DNA from: Macrostomum lignano
Lineage: Eukaryota
Length of the DNA stretch: 64,000 nt
NCBI GenBank assembly: GCA_002269645.1
Contig: NIVC01001936.1
Location: 22,763-86,762 of the forward strand
Direction: 5' to 3'
The translations under genes and the position numbers were made by a program. This document shows, piece after piece, positions 1 to 11,571 of this stretch (within the stretch, counting starts at the first letter, position 1; each line of letters starts with the position of its first letter). The notes under the pieces are model-generated. The model saw only the letters and a list, made by a program, of their open reading frames with translations. It had not been told where the DNA came from and made no database searches.

Positions 1-506
1 CCACACCTGCAAGACCCTCTTTCCTCGAGCTCGATCTGCTCTAGTCATTCTACCCCCATTCTATCCTCACTCTACCCCAGCTAATCTGCCCAGTTAATCC
101 ACTCAGCTAATCAGGGGAGCCTCTGATGTGCCAGCGGCCCAGGCTCGATTCCAAGCGCAGTCAGATTAATTTGGGGGCTAAATTGGAATCTCGGCTTGGC
201 TCTGCTCGTGCAATTCACGCCCAGCTTTAGGGCCAACCCCCAAGACACAGTGAAGTGTACATGCCTAACGATAATAAAGCCAGGGCCGCTGTACTCTCCT
301 GTGTGAGTGTGCTCCTGTGCGTATGACTGCGTACGTATCCTTGCGCTTGTGTGCCTGCTCAGGAGAGTCGGCGGAATGGGTTGTGTGCCAAAGTGCGCCA
401 GGGTGCACACAGCCCCCTGCCTCTAATAAAAAACTCCAATTAGCTAATCTATGCATCCGCCAAAGACAAAAAGCCTCCAATCAAGGAGCCTCAATCGAAT
501 TATTAC

Positions 507-1921
507 CTTAGTAAACAGGTTGCAGGCCTCCTGGTACTTGCCCTCCTGATACAGCAGGCACCCATTATTAACAAGTGTGTCCGCATCGTCAGCAGGACAG
601 CGGTCCACCAGAGCTTTGGCGCTGGCGTAATCTTCGGAAGCATACTGAATGGCGGCCTGCAGCTTCAGCGAGCGGTCTTCGAAAGCTGGAGCCTCGATCT
701 GAGCGGCTACCTGAATATACGAGAGTTAGCAGCATGGATTATGTTGTACCATGGATTAACAGCAACGACAACCAACCGTGAGGCACGACTTCGCTATCCC
801 CCAAACCTCACAATCCCCAAAACTTCACAATTCCCAAAACTTCCAAATCCCCAAATTTCACGATCCCCAAAGTTCACAACTTCAAAACTTCATAATCCCC
901 CCAAACTTCATAATCCCGCAAATTTGACCATCCCCCCAAATTTCACAATCCCCCCAAACTTCACAATCCCCAAACTTCACAATCCTCAAAGTTCACGATC
1001 CCCAAAGTTCACAACTTCAAAACTTCATAATCCCCCAAACTTGACCATCCCCCCAAATTTCACAATCCCCAAACTTCACAATCCTCAAAGTTCACAATCC
1101 CCAAAGTTCATAATCCTCACACAGTAAAATCCAGAAACTTCACAATCCCTAAAACTTTACAATCCCCCAAACTTCACAATCCCCCAAACTTCACAATCCC
1201 CCAAACTTCACAATCCCCCAAACTTCACAATCCCCAAACTTCACAATCCTCAAAGTTCACGATCCCCAAAGTTCACAACTTCAAAACTTCATAATCCCCC
1301 AAACTTGACCATCCCCCCAAATTTCACAATCCCCCCAAACTTCACAATCCTCAAAGTTCACAATCCCCAAAGTTCATAATCCTCACACAGTAAAATCCAG
1401 AAACTTCACAATCCCCCAAACTTCACAATCCCCCAAACTTCACAATCCCCCAAACTTCACAATCCCCCAAACTTCACAATCCCCCAAACTTCACAATCCC
1501 CCAAACTTCACAATCCCCCAAACTTCACAATCCCCCAAACTTCACAATCCCCCAAACTTCACAATCCCCCAAACTTCACAATTCTAGGTTGAGATATTAG
1601 TTACTTAGAATTCTATAAACCCACCTTCATGGCTTGAGTGTACAGCCCAGCCTGATAAAGGCACTGGGCAAAATACAGCTGATAATCGACATTCTCTGGG
1701 TAGAGTTCGAGCAGTTGCTCATAGCAGTCGCTTGCCGAGGTGAAGTCCTGCAGCTGATAGTGGCAGTAGCCTAGCAGAGACAGGGCCGCCCTGGAGTTTG
1801 GATGTCGATTCAGCTGCTGATTAAGAATCGCTAGTGCCTCCTTGTACTGCTTATCTTTAATGAGGCCATAGATGCTGGATGTGAACTGTCCGTCTTTAAT
1901 TGTGTGAGTGAGAGTAGTCAT
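507..1921 (-). CDS. TTC30: Tetratricopeptide repeat protein 30 / intraflagellar transport protein 70, 5' part (exons 1625-1921 and 507-710; gene continues off the window start)
   Basis: Exon 1 MTTLTHTIKDGQFTSSIYGLIKDKQYKEAL...SRAALSLLGYCHYQLQDF...YQLYFAQCLYQAGLY matches the IFT70 N-terminus. Donor AAG|GTGGGT at 1624 and acceptor CAG at 711 join in phase 0 to VAAQIEAPAFEDRSLKLQAAIQYASEDY...TLVNNGCLLYQEGKYQEAC, ending at donor AAG|GTAATA (506). Family assigned from recalled motifs. Confidence 0.95.
797..1582. repeat. About 17-bp minisatellite (CACAATCCCCCAAACTT) filling TTC30 intron 1
   Basis: Direct tandem copies. Confidence 0.95.
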
Positions 1922-3197
1922 GCTTCATGAAAAAGTATTGATGTAAGCAGAAAATTTACGGCTAGATTTAGTTAATCGGGAACATCGATGTTTCTGACTA
2001 CAATTATAAAACAAAAGAATTTAAGTCGATTCCATTGCTTTGTTTGGATGGAATTGAAAAAATAAAAGATCAAAACTGACTGCATAATACGCTCGTGTAC
2101 ATGCACTGACAAGCTGACTAAGCCCCAAAATGAAAAGAAAAAGCTCTGCCTTCTTTTTTCATCAGCAGTTACAGATGCAATTTTCAAATGAACGTATTTT
2201 TAGAAGAACTCGCGAGTCGTGATTCAAATGTAGTACTAAAACCTAATCCATACAAAAAATAATGAATATACTTCTGACTGGAAAACAAGTCATGGAAAAG
2301 TTTTTGTTCTAAACATGGATATTCTTGACTCTTTATTCTTAAGAAATGTGCATTGTAACACTGAATATTCCAAAAATTCAGATTAAGTGCATTTTATATG
2401 AATAAAACTATAGTAAGTTAAAAGCGTAAAAGGAAATAAATTCTTTATTGATTATCATAGATAGATCCTAATTCCTAAATTAATACTAAAGTGATTGAGT
2501 TTCTAACTTAAATTTGATTTTGATTCCTTACTAAACTAAACTTAAATATGAGTGGCTGAAAATGAATAAGGATAAGTCCGCATCGCCATGTCTATAATTC
2601 CTAATCATCATATACTAATTTAGTAATTTCCCTTATAATAAGCTAGGAAAGATTTATTCACAAGCAATGACCTATAGATAACAATAACCACATCATGAAA
2701 ATATCTTCATAGTTTTCATTTAAATCATGAAACGAAGCTTATCCTCTCCATGCATTGTAAGACGTCTTTGTATCTAATGAGAGTCTTTCCGTTTTAAAAT
2801 ACAGTTTTTAGCAGGAAAAGTATATTTACAAAGGCTTATTATTTAAAATAGCAAGTGATTAGCAAACTATTTTGTTATTATAGGCGTCACGGCATAATGT
2901 GAGTTTTTAAAATGCGAATTGTTGCGCTCCATTTTTTCGTCACGTCGGAGGACCGGTAAGCCGCGTAGTATAGGCCTATGACATGTATCGTGTTTTTTAA
3001 GCGAGCGCGTCTTATGTTAGTCTGATTCGTCAGCTGATGATTAGCTGCAACTGACCTAACATGCTTAACATTAATTGGATTCTTCATACATATGGATATA
3101 TATATGCTATACCAACCCAGACAGGCCAGACTCCCAGACTGACTGACCCTTCCTCTGGACTTGGAATGAGAAGTTGACATGTCGCTGTCGGCGCTGT

Positions 3198-3490
3198 GGT
3201 TTCCAAGCATTTCGGTGCCAGTGCTTTTCGGTGCTAGTGCTTTTCGGTGCCCGGAATTTTGGTGCCCCAGATTGCTTTTCGGTGCCCCAGTTTATGATGC
3301 CAAAATGATGATAATTAGCTTATGACAAAAGACAAAGCACTTACTGTTAAATTAGGGCTCAATCAATTTCTATACTTTTTGTGTCCAATTCTAAATCTAA
3401 TGTATAATTTGGGCACCAAAAAGCAAGCTGGGGCACAAAAATGCCAGGCACAGAAAAGCACAGGCACCAAAAAAGCATGTATACTGGTCC
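3198..3490. mobile_element. Degenerate MITE with inverted subterminal repeats (Mutator-like?)
   Basis: Left arm has repeated TTTTCGGTGCC and right arm repeated GGCACCAAAAAGC; the 9-bp flanks match at only 6/9. Confidence 0.4.
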
Positions 3491-5845
3491 TAGTGCTGTC
3501 ATGCTGTTGCCTGTTAGTCCACTTTTTTAGCTTCAAATTATTTGCAATGCAAAGCATTTAATAATCATTATTGCTTTTATGCTTGGCATATTTTCATATG
3601 AAAAGACCTAGATTTTTCATAGATAGGAATAGGATATTAATAAATATATCATAAATGTTAAATCAATAAACTATAAGAATATTAGTAATATATAGGGCCT
3701 ATATTGGGCCTATGAATTAATTTCTATTCTAGCTTAAATTTCTTTTGCAAATGTCACAAAGCAGAATATCTACCTGGCTTTATTTATTATATAGTAGGCT
3801 TATGTCTTGAAGCTTGAAGCTAGGCCTAGGTCATACCCTACCCCAATCATAGCCAATAGGAAATAAGGAAATATATAGACCTATTCCTATCCAAGCAGGA
3901 AGCAGCCATTCAGAGCTATGGCCATATTAGTATGTGGCCATCTTGGTCATACACCATTTTGATATCTAAATTAAAGAAGCAATCTCTTGGCATCAATAGC
4001 AAAGGGCTTTTTCTTTATAGATTATAGATTTACAGATTAAATGCATTATCCTATTTTTAACCTTTAGGCACTAGGCCTATGGGTTATATAAGCCTAACTA
4101 TAATAAATATATCCTTTCTTTAGCTTTGTACAATTGTAGCTATATGCCTAGTATCAAAACTAAGATTAAAGCTATTGCAAGCTCTCAACGAAACAAGATT
4201 CAAGACAAGATCTCAACATTTTTTCTTATCTCAAAAATCTCAATTTTTTTCAAGAAATTCAAGATAAAATTGAAAATTTCTCTAATATTTTTTCAAAAAT
4301 TTCAAGCCATAAGAAATAAAAAGGAGAGCAAATTTTCTTATAAATACAACTTTTTGTTATAACACACTTAGTAAAGCAATTTTGAAATAAAATCTAGTAA
4401 ATCTCAAGCAGTTTTAGTGTTATTTAACAAATATTGTTAAATATTATGAGCTTGCATATGCATTCTTTTAATTATTATTTCAGTTCTAAAGCAAGGCATA
4501 TCATAGTAGACTCAAGGACAATCTACAATCTATATACAATTTGCATCTTGTCAAGAAATTCAAGACAAGATAAGACAAGATGCAATTTTAATATCCATTT
4601 TTAGATTTTTGTCTAATCTTATCTTGTCTCAAATTTCTTGATTTATAAGCCTTTCTTGTCTCAAGTAAAATCTTAAATTTTTATAGCTCTAACTAAGACA
4701 TCTATATGTAAGCCTATATATAATTACATATAATTATTTTTCTATTGAATATAGCTAAACTAAGAATTTTAATTTTATTTTCTTATTCTTAGAAGTGCAC
4801 GGAACTATTATAAGTTGTAAAACATTTGTTTATTGGTTTTTTATACCTATAAATATAACTGTAAACTAGAAAATGAGTTTGTAGTTTAGTGTGTATATAG
4901 TTATAGATCAGTCATTACTAGTAATGATGATAGATCCAGTATTGGATATTAGCAAATGCTGCTTTTAGATCTCCATGCACACATTTCCAAATATGCTTAT
5001 AACTTGCTTTAGAAAAAATAGATCTAATAAAAATGCTTTCTGGTATTCCTCTCCCCCTACTCAGCAATTATTAGGCACCATCCCTTTGGGCCATTGATAA
5101 CTCACAGGGTAGACTTCTTTGCCATGTTAGCATTATCACTCAAATCATTGATTCAAATCCTTGGCACTGATGCAAATTTAAATGAAAAATATTTTTGTGA
5201 AATATTGCTAACCAATGTAACTATGACATTGAAATGTTGTCAGCATTATCAATCATCAAAACTGGCACAAAGTCAAAAGAAAAATAAATTTGCTAACAAA
5301 GCTGCACTAATATCTCCCAAATGCTAAGGAACTAAAAATAAATTTAGTTTTTATTGCTAGCTTTTAGTCTCTAAGGCCATCTAGCCTAGCCTAGGCCTAT
5401 TCTATTTAAAAACATCTTTTATCTCTAGTTTTAATATATTTCATTTAATACACTTTTAGCCTATTGCCTTATCTTCATAGGCTAGGCCTATCTAACATTA
5501 GGTTTGATTAGACCAATCTAATAAAAGGTCTAAACTAATATAGTATTTAATTTTTAATCTAAAACTTTCAAGTAGAATTTGTATTAAGCTAATTGAAATT
5601 GATTATAATACCTTTGTCTATGATGATATTTTAGCTAAAAGTAATGATATTATACTAAATATAATTTAATGAGTTTATAGTTATACATATTAAATATTTT
5701 TAGTAGAACATATAGATATAAATATGGTTATAGAAATACATTTCTTATATCTAGTAATATTGGCTATTTAATAACTAAGACTTGAAAGAGAATTTTCTAG
5801 GTAGGGGATAAAATAGCAAAAAGAAAGAATATTATCAGTTTCAAG

Positions 5846-6157
5846 CAGTAGCAGATCTAGAGTTTCATTTTGGGTGAGGAGGAGTGGTACAAGTTTGGGG
5901 CACCAACATGAGTATAAAAGGTGCCAATTTTGAATGTAAGGGGTAAAAATGCATATAAAAGGCAAAAAGTTAAGCTTAGAGATGCAAAAATGCATGTAGA
6001 AGGTGCAAAGTTGAGTTTAAGGGCACAAAAAATGTGTTTAGGGGCAAAAAATTAAGTTTAAAAGGCACAAACTTAGGTTTTTGGGCGGCACAAAATGTTT
6101 TATCAAGCTATTGGGAAGGGGGGGAGGGCAGTTGCCCCCTCCCTAAATCTGCCCCTG
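5846..6157. mobile_element. hAT-like MITE
   Basis: 15-bp imperfect TIRs CAGTAGCAGATCTAG / CAGGGGCAGATTTAG (reverse complement); 8-bp flanks GTTTCAAG and GTTTCAAA (7/8 match). Confidence 0.7.
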
Positions 6158-6898
6158 GTTTCAAAAAGTTTTTAGGAAAGCAACTCAAGTCCCTACCATC
6201 TATAGTAGGCATAGGTAGAGGCTTTTTGGCTAGATATACATAAAATATTTCTTAATAGAATATTATAAATTATATAGAATGGTATATGTAGAAATATTTC
6301 TTTGTATATTGCAGAACCAATTCTATAGGGCTTATTCATAAAATAGTTTAGATATAGGTAATATGACAAACCTAAAAGAATAAGACTATATCCTAGGAGA
6401 AAAATATTAGTCTAGAAAAGTGAAGTTAGTAGTCTAAACATAACCATACATATGCAACATCTAGCTAAGCCAGTTAATCTGACCAGCTAGCATGGTATCC
6501 AGACAAACTGCGAAGTAAGTCACAAAAAATTCCCACTAATCCCACCCAAAAATACCAATGTAGTAGACAATTTGTCCTGACTTATACAGTCATAGTTGCT
6601 CTTGCTTTTTATCCAAAATTATATACAGAATCAGAGAGGTTGCACAAAGTATGGACATGACTGCTAGACTGCGCTTCAAAAGGACAATTATCAAAAAAAA
6701 AGAAAAATAATTCTTGCATAATGCCATGTTGTGAGCAGTTTTAGACCTATTGGGCAAAGTACTTATTATTAGTGCTGCAAAGATTAACTTTTATTTTTGT
6801 TAGAATTTTTTTAGTATATGCGTATCTATAACTAATTGTCATTTAAAAATCACTTCAGAACCCTATTAGCTCTAAGAAGTTAAGAACGAAACCCAAAA

Positions 6899-9605
6899 AT
6901 GGACGCAAAAAAGTTTCTGGAACTGCAAGGCCAAATTAAGCAGAACAATCAGGATTACTTGGAGTTTGTCAGCGAGCTGGACTCTTGGAAGGCCGAGCTC
7001 GATAAGAGACGCGAAAAATCTCTGCTGAACTTGCAGCAGCAGCAGCAACAGCAACAGAATGGCTCCAGCGAGAATCTGCCCCCAGTCAGAAACAGTCTAA
7101 TGAAGAAAAAGTACAAGAAGAAGCCCAAAAGCAAGCAGGAAGCTGCTGAGCAGCAGCAACAACAGAAGAAGAAGATTGCAGCCTACGATTATAAAGCTTG
7201 GGATAAATTCGATGTTGACAAAGCTTGCGAAGAGGTTGACGCCGCGAAGCCAGCCTCCGATGAGGAATACGAAACTGATGAAGAATGGGAAGAGGAGCGA
7301 CGAAAGCAGCTGGCAGAGTCAAAGAAAGCTGCTGGCAATGAGGCTTTCAAAGCTGGCAAATTTGAAGACGCAGTTGAGTTGTACACCAAGGCGACTCAGT
7401 TGAACCCCGAGTCTGCTGTGTACTTTTGTAATCGAGCGATGGCGCTGTTGAAATTGGAGCGATTTGCAGCCGCTGAGGCCGACTGCTGCTCTGCCCTGGA
7501 ATTGGATGCCAAAATGGTTAAAGCTTATTACAGGTGGGCTTATTACATACTAAACATATTTAGTTACAAGAATTGCTAATTTGGTAGCTAAGCCTGTTTA
7601 GATATTTGGTAGCTAAGCCTGTTTAGATATTTGGTAGCTAAGCCTGTTTAGATATTTGGTAGCTAAGCCTGCTTAGATATTTGGTAGCTAAGCCTGCTTA
7701 GATATTTGGTAGCTAAGCCTGTTTAGATATTTGGTAGCTAAGCCTGCTTAGATATTTGGTAGCTAAGCCTGCTTAGATATTTGGTAGCTAAGCCTGCTTA
7801 GATATTTGGTAGCTAAGCCTGCTTAGATATTTGGTAGCTAAGCCTGTTTAGATATTTGGTAGCTAAGCCTGTTTAGAGATTGGTAGATAATCCAGGTATA
7901 TCACATACAAGGCTGACATATCCTTGTTAGCAAAAGCTCCATGGCCTTCAGCACCGAATTCTCTCCACAGACGCGGCCAGGCGCGCCAGAAACTCGGCAA
8001 GCTGCCAGACGCTCTGCGCGACTTAGAAGAAGCCCTGGCCCTAGAGCCCAACAACAAAGCGTTGCAATCGGAGGTGAAACAGCTTCGAATAGATTTGCAC
8101 CCGGAGAAATACGCCACCGGAGAGGTGGAACCAATATTTGATAAGCCAGTTAGCCAGAGATCTCAAAAGCCGCTAGTTCGTGTACCAATTCAAGAGGTGT
8201 CCGCGGTCAAAGCGGCCCAGGTAACACCTGTTGCTACGGCGACTTCAGAACGTACGGCAAAGGATGAATCGAAAACGGTTCAGACGGAGCAGCCAGTATT
8301 AACTGCTGCTGATCAAAGTTCAGCTCAGTCTGGAGTGACACAGTAAGCTGGATTATTTTCTTCAAGTTTCTCTCAAAACAGTTTTGTAGTCAGTGTTATA
8401 CAATCTACCAACAGTATTTCTCTGTAGAATAAGCTTCCAGCTTCCACTGTAGTATAATTAGCTTCCACTGTAGTAGAATAAGCTTCCACTGTAGTAGAAT
8501 AAGCTTCCACTGTAGTAGAATAAGCTTCCACTGTAGTAGAATAAGCTTCCACTGTAGTAGAATAGGCTTCCACTGTAGTAGAATAAGCTTCCACTGTAGT
8601 AGAATAAGCTTCCACTGTAGTAGAATAAGCTTCCACTGTAGTAGAATAGGCTTCCACTGTAGTAGAATAAGCTTCCACTGTAGTAGAATAAGCTTCCACT
8701 GTAGTAGAATAAGCTTCCACTGTAGTAGAATAGGCTTCCACTGTAGTAGAATAACCTTCCACTGTAGTAGAATAACCTTCCAGCTTCCATTGTAGTAGAA
8801 TAAGCTTCCACTGTAGTAGAATAACCTTCCAGCTTCCACTGTAGTAGAATAAGCTTCCACTGTAGTAGAATAAGCTTCCACTGTAGTAGAATAGGCTTCC
8901 ACTGTAGTAGAATAAGCTTCCACTGTAGTAGAATAAGCTTCCAGCTTCCATTGTAGTAGAAGAAACTTCCACTGTAGTAGAATAAGCTTCCAGTTTCCAC
9001 TATCGAAGGCTTCCACTATGGAATCAAAGCTTTGATCTTCCATCTGTGAAAAAGTGTTCAGTGCAAGAATTATGTTTTCATTCCAAAAGAGAGATTTTTA
9101 CCTTAATTTACTTTGCTTACCCTCGCCAATTTCCAGCTCGTCATCCAGCAAGCCGCCAGCTGCCCAGCAGACTCAGCCGGAGCCGCTGCCGGCGCCCCCG
9201 GAGACGCCCTACCAGTTCAAGTCGGCCTACCGCAGCCTGGGCCGCCGCGATCCGCTAGCATTCTGCACCAGCGTGCTGTGCGCCGTGCCTCCAGACCGGC
9301 TGCCGGCTCTGATCGGCGAATCCTTGGAATCCGACGCCCTGCTGGACATGGCCGGCGCGTTCCAGGCTGGCCTGAGCGCCGATCCGGCTATCGCGCCCAG
9401 GGTCTACCAGTGCCTGCGGCTCATCGCTGACAGGGTCAGGCGGTTCGCCACCTGCGTTGCATTTCTCAGCTCCGGCGAGCTGGGTCAGCTGGCCCAGCTG
9501 ATCAGTCAGCTGACTGGCCTGCTGCAGCCTCTGACCGCTGCTGGCGATGCTCAGTACGATTTGACACGGCTGGCCGCTGCCTATGGCGTTCCCCATGCTG
9601 TTTGA
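6899..9605 (+). CDS. RPAP3: RNA polymerase II-associated protein 3 (R2TP co-chaperone, Spaghetti-like), about 491 aa; exons 6899-7533, 7971-8342, 9137-9605
   Basis: N-terminal LELQGQIKQN..LDSW and IAAYDYKAWDKFDVD motifs; TPR triplet (KAAGNEAFKAGKFEDAVELYT...YFCNRAMALLKL...KAYYRRGQARQKLG...ALALEPNN); RPAP3_C-like PETPYQFKSAYRSL...LIGESLESD...RRFATCVAFLS. GT-AG junctions are phase-consistent (2/2, 2/2). Confidence 0.92.
7578..7878. repeat. 25-bp minisatellite (ATTTGGTAGCTAAGCCTG(T/C)TTAGAT), RPAP3 intron 1
   Basis: About 12 tandem copies. Confidence 0.95.
8422..9000. repeat. 21-bp minisatellite (TAGTAGAATAAGCTTCCACTG), RPAP3 intron 2
   Basis: Tandem copies; source of the AYSTTVE/LILLQWK ORFs. 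Confidence 0.95.
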
Positions 9606-9647
9606 CTCACGCCCGGCTTCTGATTGGCTGACTGTGTAGCCCTGCTG

Positions 9648-10165
9648 TCCCTCTCCTCTCCCGTGTCTCTCTTCTGTCTCTCTCCTCTCCCGTCTCTCTC
9701 CTCTCCCGTCTCTCTCCTCTCCCTTCTCTCTCCTCTCCCGTCTCTCTCCTCTCCCTTCTCTCTCCTCTCCCGTCTCTCTATTCTGTCTCTCTCCTCTCCC
9801 GTCTCTCTCTTCTGTCTCTCTCCTCTCCCGTCTTTCTCTTCTGTCTCTCTCCTCTCCCGTCTCTCTCCTCTCCCGTCTCTCTCCTCTCCCGTCTCTCTCC
9901 TCTCCCGTCTCTCTCCTCTCCCGTCTCTCTCCTCTCCCGTCTCTCTCCTCTCCCGTCTCTCTCTGCCTCTCCCTCTCCTCTCCCTCTCCCGTCTCTCTCC
10001 TCTCCCGTCTCTCTCCTCTCCCGTCTCTCTCTGCCTCTCCCTCTCCTCTCCCTCTCCCGTCTCTCTCCTCTCCCGTCTCTCTGCCTCTCCCTCTCCTCTC
10101 CCTCTCCCGTCTCTCTCCTCTCCCGTCTCTCTATTCTCCCTCTTCTCTCCCATCTCTCCTGTATG
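9648..10165. repeat. CT-rich about 14-bp repeat (TCTCTCCTCTCCCG) after the RPAP3 stop
   Basis: Polypyrimidine tandem repeat. Confidence 0.95.
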
Positions 10166-10514
10166 CCTCTCCCTCTCGTTTTCAACTATTGGAAACTTCT
10201 TTTTTCCTTTCTGTTTCATCTGATCTGATTTGACATTGCCAACGAGTTTGCTATTTATATCGTAATTTTATTACAAAATACAACAATAAATTTAAGTACT
10301 CCTGTGTGCCTTTTAATAATGCCCAGTTTTTATACGGTTATTTCAGCAAATTTTCATTTCTATATTTACTACTGATAGGCGCCTGTACTTTTAACTTCAA
10401 ACAGCTAAGCGCCAATTCTTTACCAATTTCAGTGATATTGGCAACTGGCATCATTGAGCACAGTGCGATAATTGATTTAATATCAGTAACAAAGAACATT
10501 TTGCAACCACGCAG

Positions 10515-11483
10515 ATGCCTAAATCTTCCAAACCCAATTCTGTCGAGTCAAACGCCAAAGATAATAACAAAAAAGTGACCAGTGAAAGCCTCGTTGGTGG
10601 AGAAGCTATTTCTGACTCTACTACTAGTTACAGTAGTAGTAGAAGACGTACCTTCGGCGTGACGCCTCGCGATCCAATTCATTCCGAGCCAGCCGATGAA
10701 GCAAACAGTTCGGCTGCAGCTTCAGCTGCGTACGTCTATAGAAAGGGCGACACTCGCAGAGCTGTCCTGTGGCTTGGGGCCATCTTTTCCATGGCCTTGC
10801 TACTCATGTACATCCTCTATTTAAACATGCCGCCATTCACAGCCGAGGAGAGCCAATTGCTTCGATTGCCGGCAACGCTTGACGATGCCAAACAATTAGG
10901 CAATCTGTTGTACAAGTACAAGAGTACTTACTTTGCTCAGGTGCTAATTGGCCTGGCTATTACCTACGTGTTTCTGCAGACATTTGCTATACCCGGGTCA
11001 ATCTTTCTAAGCATATTGTCTGGTTATTTGTTTCCTCTGCCGCTGGCTTTGACTCTAGTTTGCACCTGTTCAGCTATTGGCGCTTCGTTCTGCTATCTAC
11101 TGTCTTACCTGGCATTGAGACCGCTGCTTCACAAACATGTTGCTAATAGAATATCCAGTTGGGCAACCGAGGTAGCTGAGCATCGCGAGCACCTATTCAA
11201 CTATATATTGTTTCTAAGAATAACTCCTTTCCTGCCTAATTGGTTTATTAATTTGGCCTCGCCTATAGTCGGCGTGTCGCTAGTGCCATTTTTTATCGGC
11301 ACATTCTTTGGCGTAATGCCGCCATCTGTCTTTGCTATTCAAGGTGGGCAGACTTTGCAAAAATTGGCGTCAACATCTGAGACAGTCACGTGGCGCAGTG
11401 TCTCCATACTTGCTGTACTGGCTCTGCTGGCCATTGCTCCGGCTGTGTTTAAAAACCGATTGAAGCAGAGGCTAAAGTTTTGA
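10515..11483 (+). CDS. TMEM41B: Transmembrane protein 41B (DedA/VTT family scramblase), single coding exon, 322 aa
   Basis: YVFLQTFAIPGSIFLSILSGYLFP, VCTCSAIGASFCY and FLRITPFLPNWFINLASP motifs, plus C-terminal KQRLKF; multiple hydrophobic helices. Confidence 0.96.
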   Translation: MPKSSKPNSVESNAKDNNKKVTSESLVGGEAISDSTTSYSSSRRRTFGVTPRDPIHSEPADEANSSAAASAAYVYRKGDTRRAVLWLGAIFSMALLLMYILYLNMPPFTAEESQLLRLPATLDDAKQLGNLLYKYKSTYFAQVLIGLAITYVFLQTFAIPGSIFLSILSGYLFPLPLALTLVCTCSAIGASFCYLLSYLALRPLLHKHVANRISSWATEVAEHREHLFNYILFLRITPFLPNWFINLASPIVGVSLVPFFIGTFFGVMPPSVFAIQGGQTLQKLASTSETVTWRSVSILAVLALLAIAPAVFKNRLKQRLKF

Positions 11484-11571
11484 TTTGGTCCTGTTGTCCG
11501 CCTTGATTCGACTCTGATATTGATTATGTCGTAACTTTCTGTCAACGTAGTTTAAATGCTTTCAATTTTGA

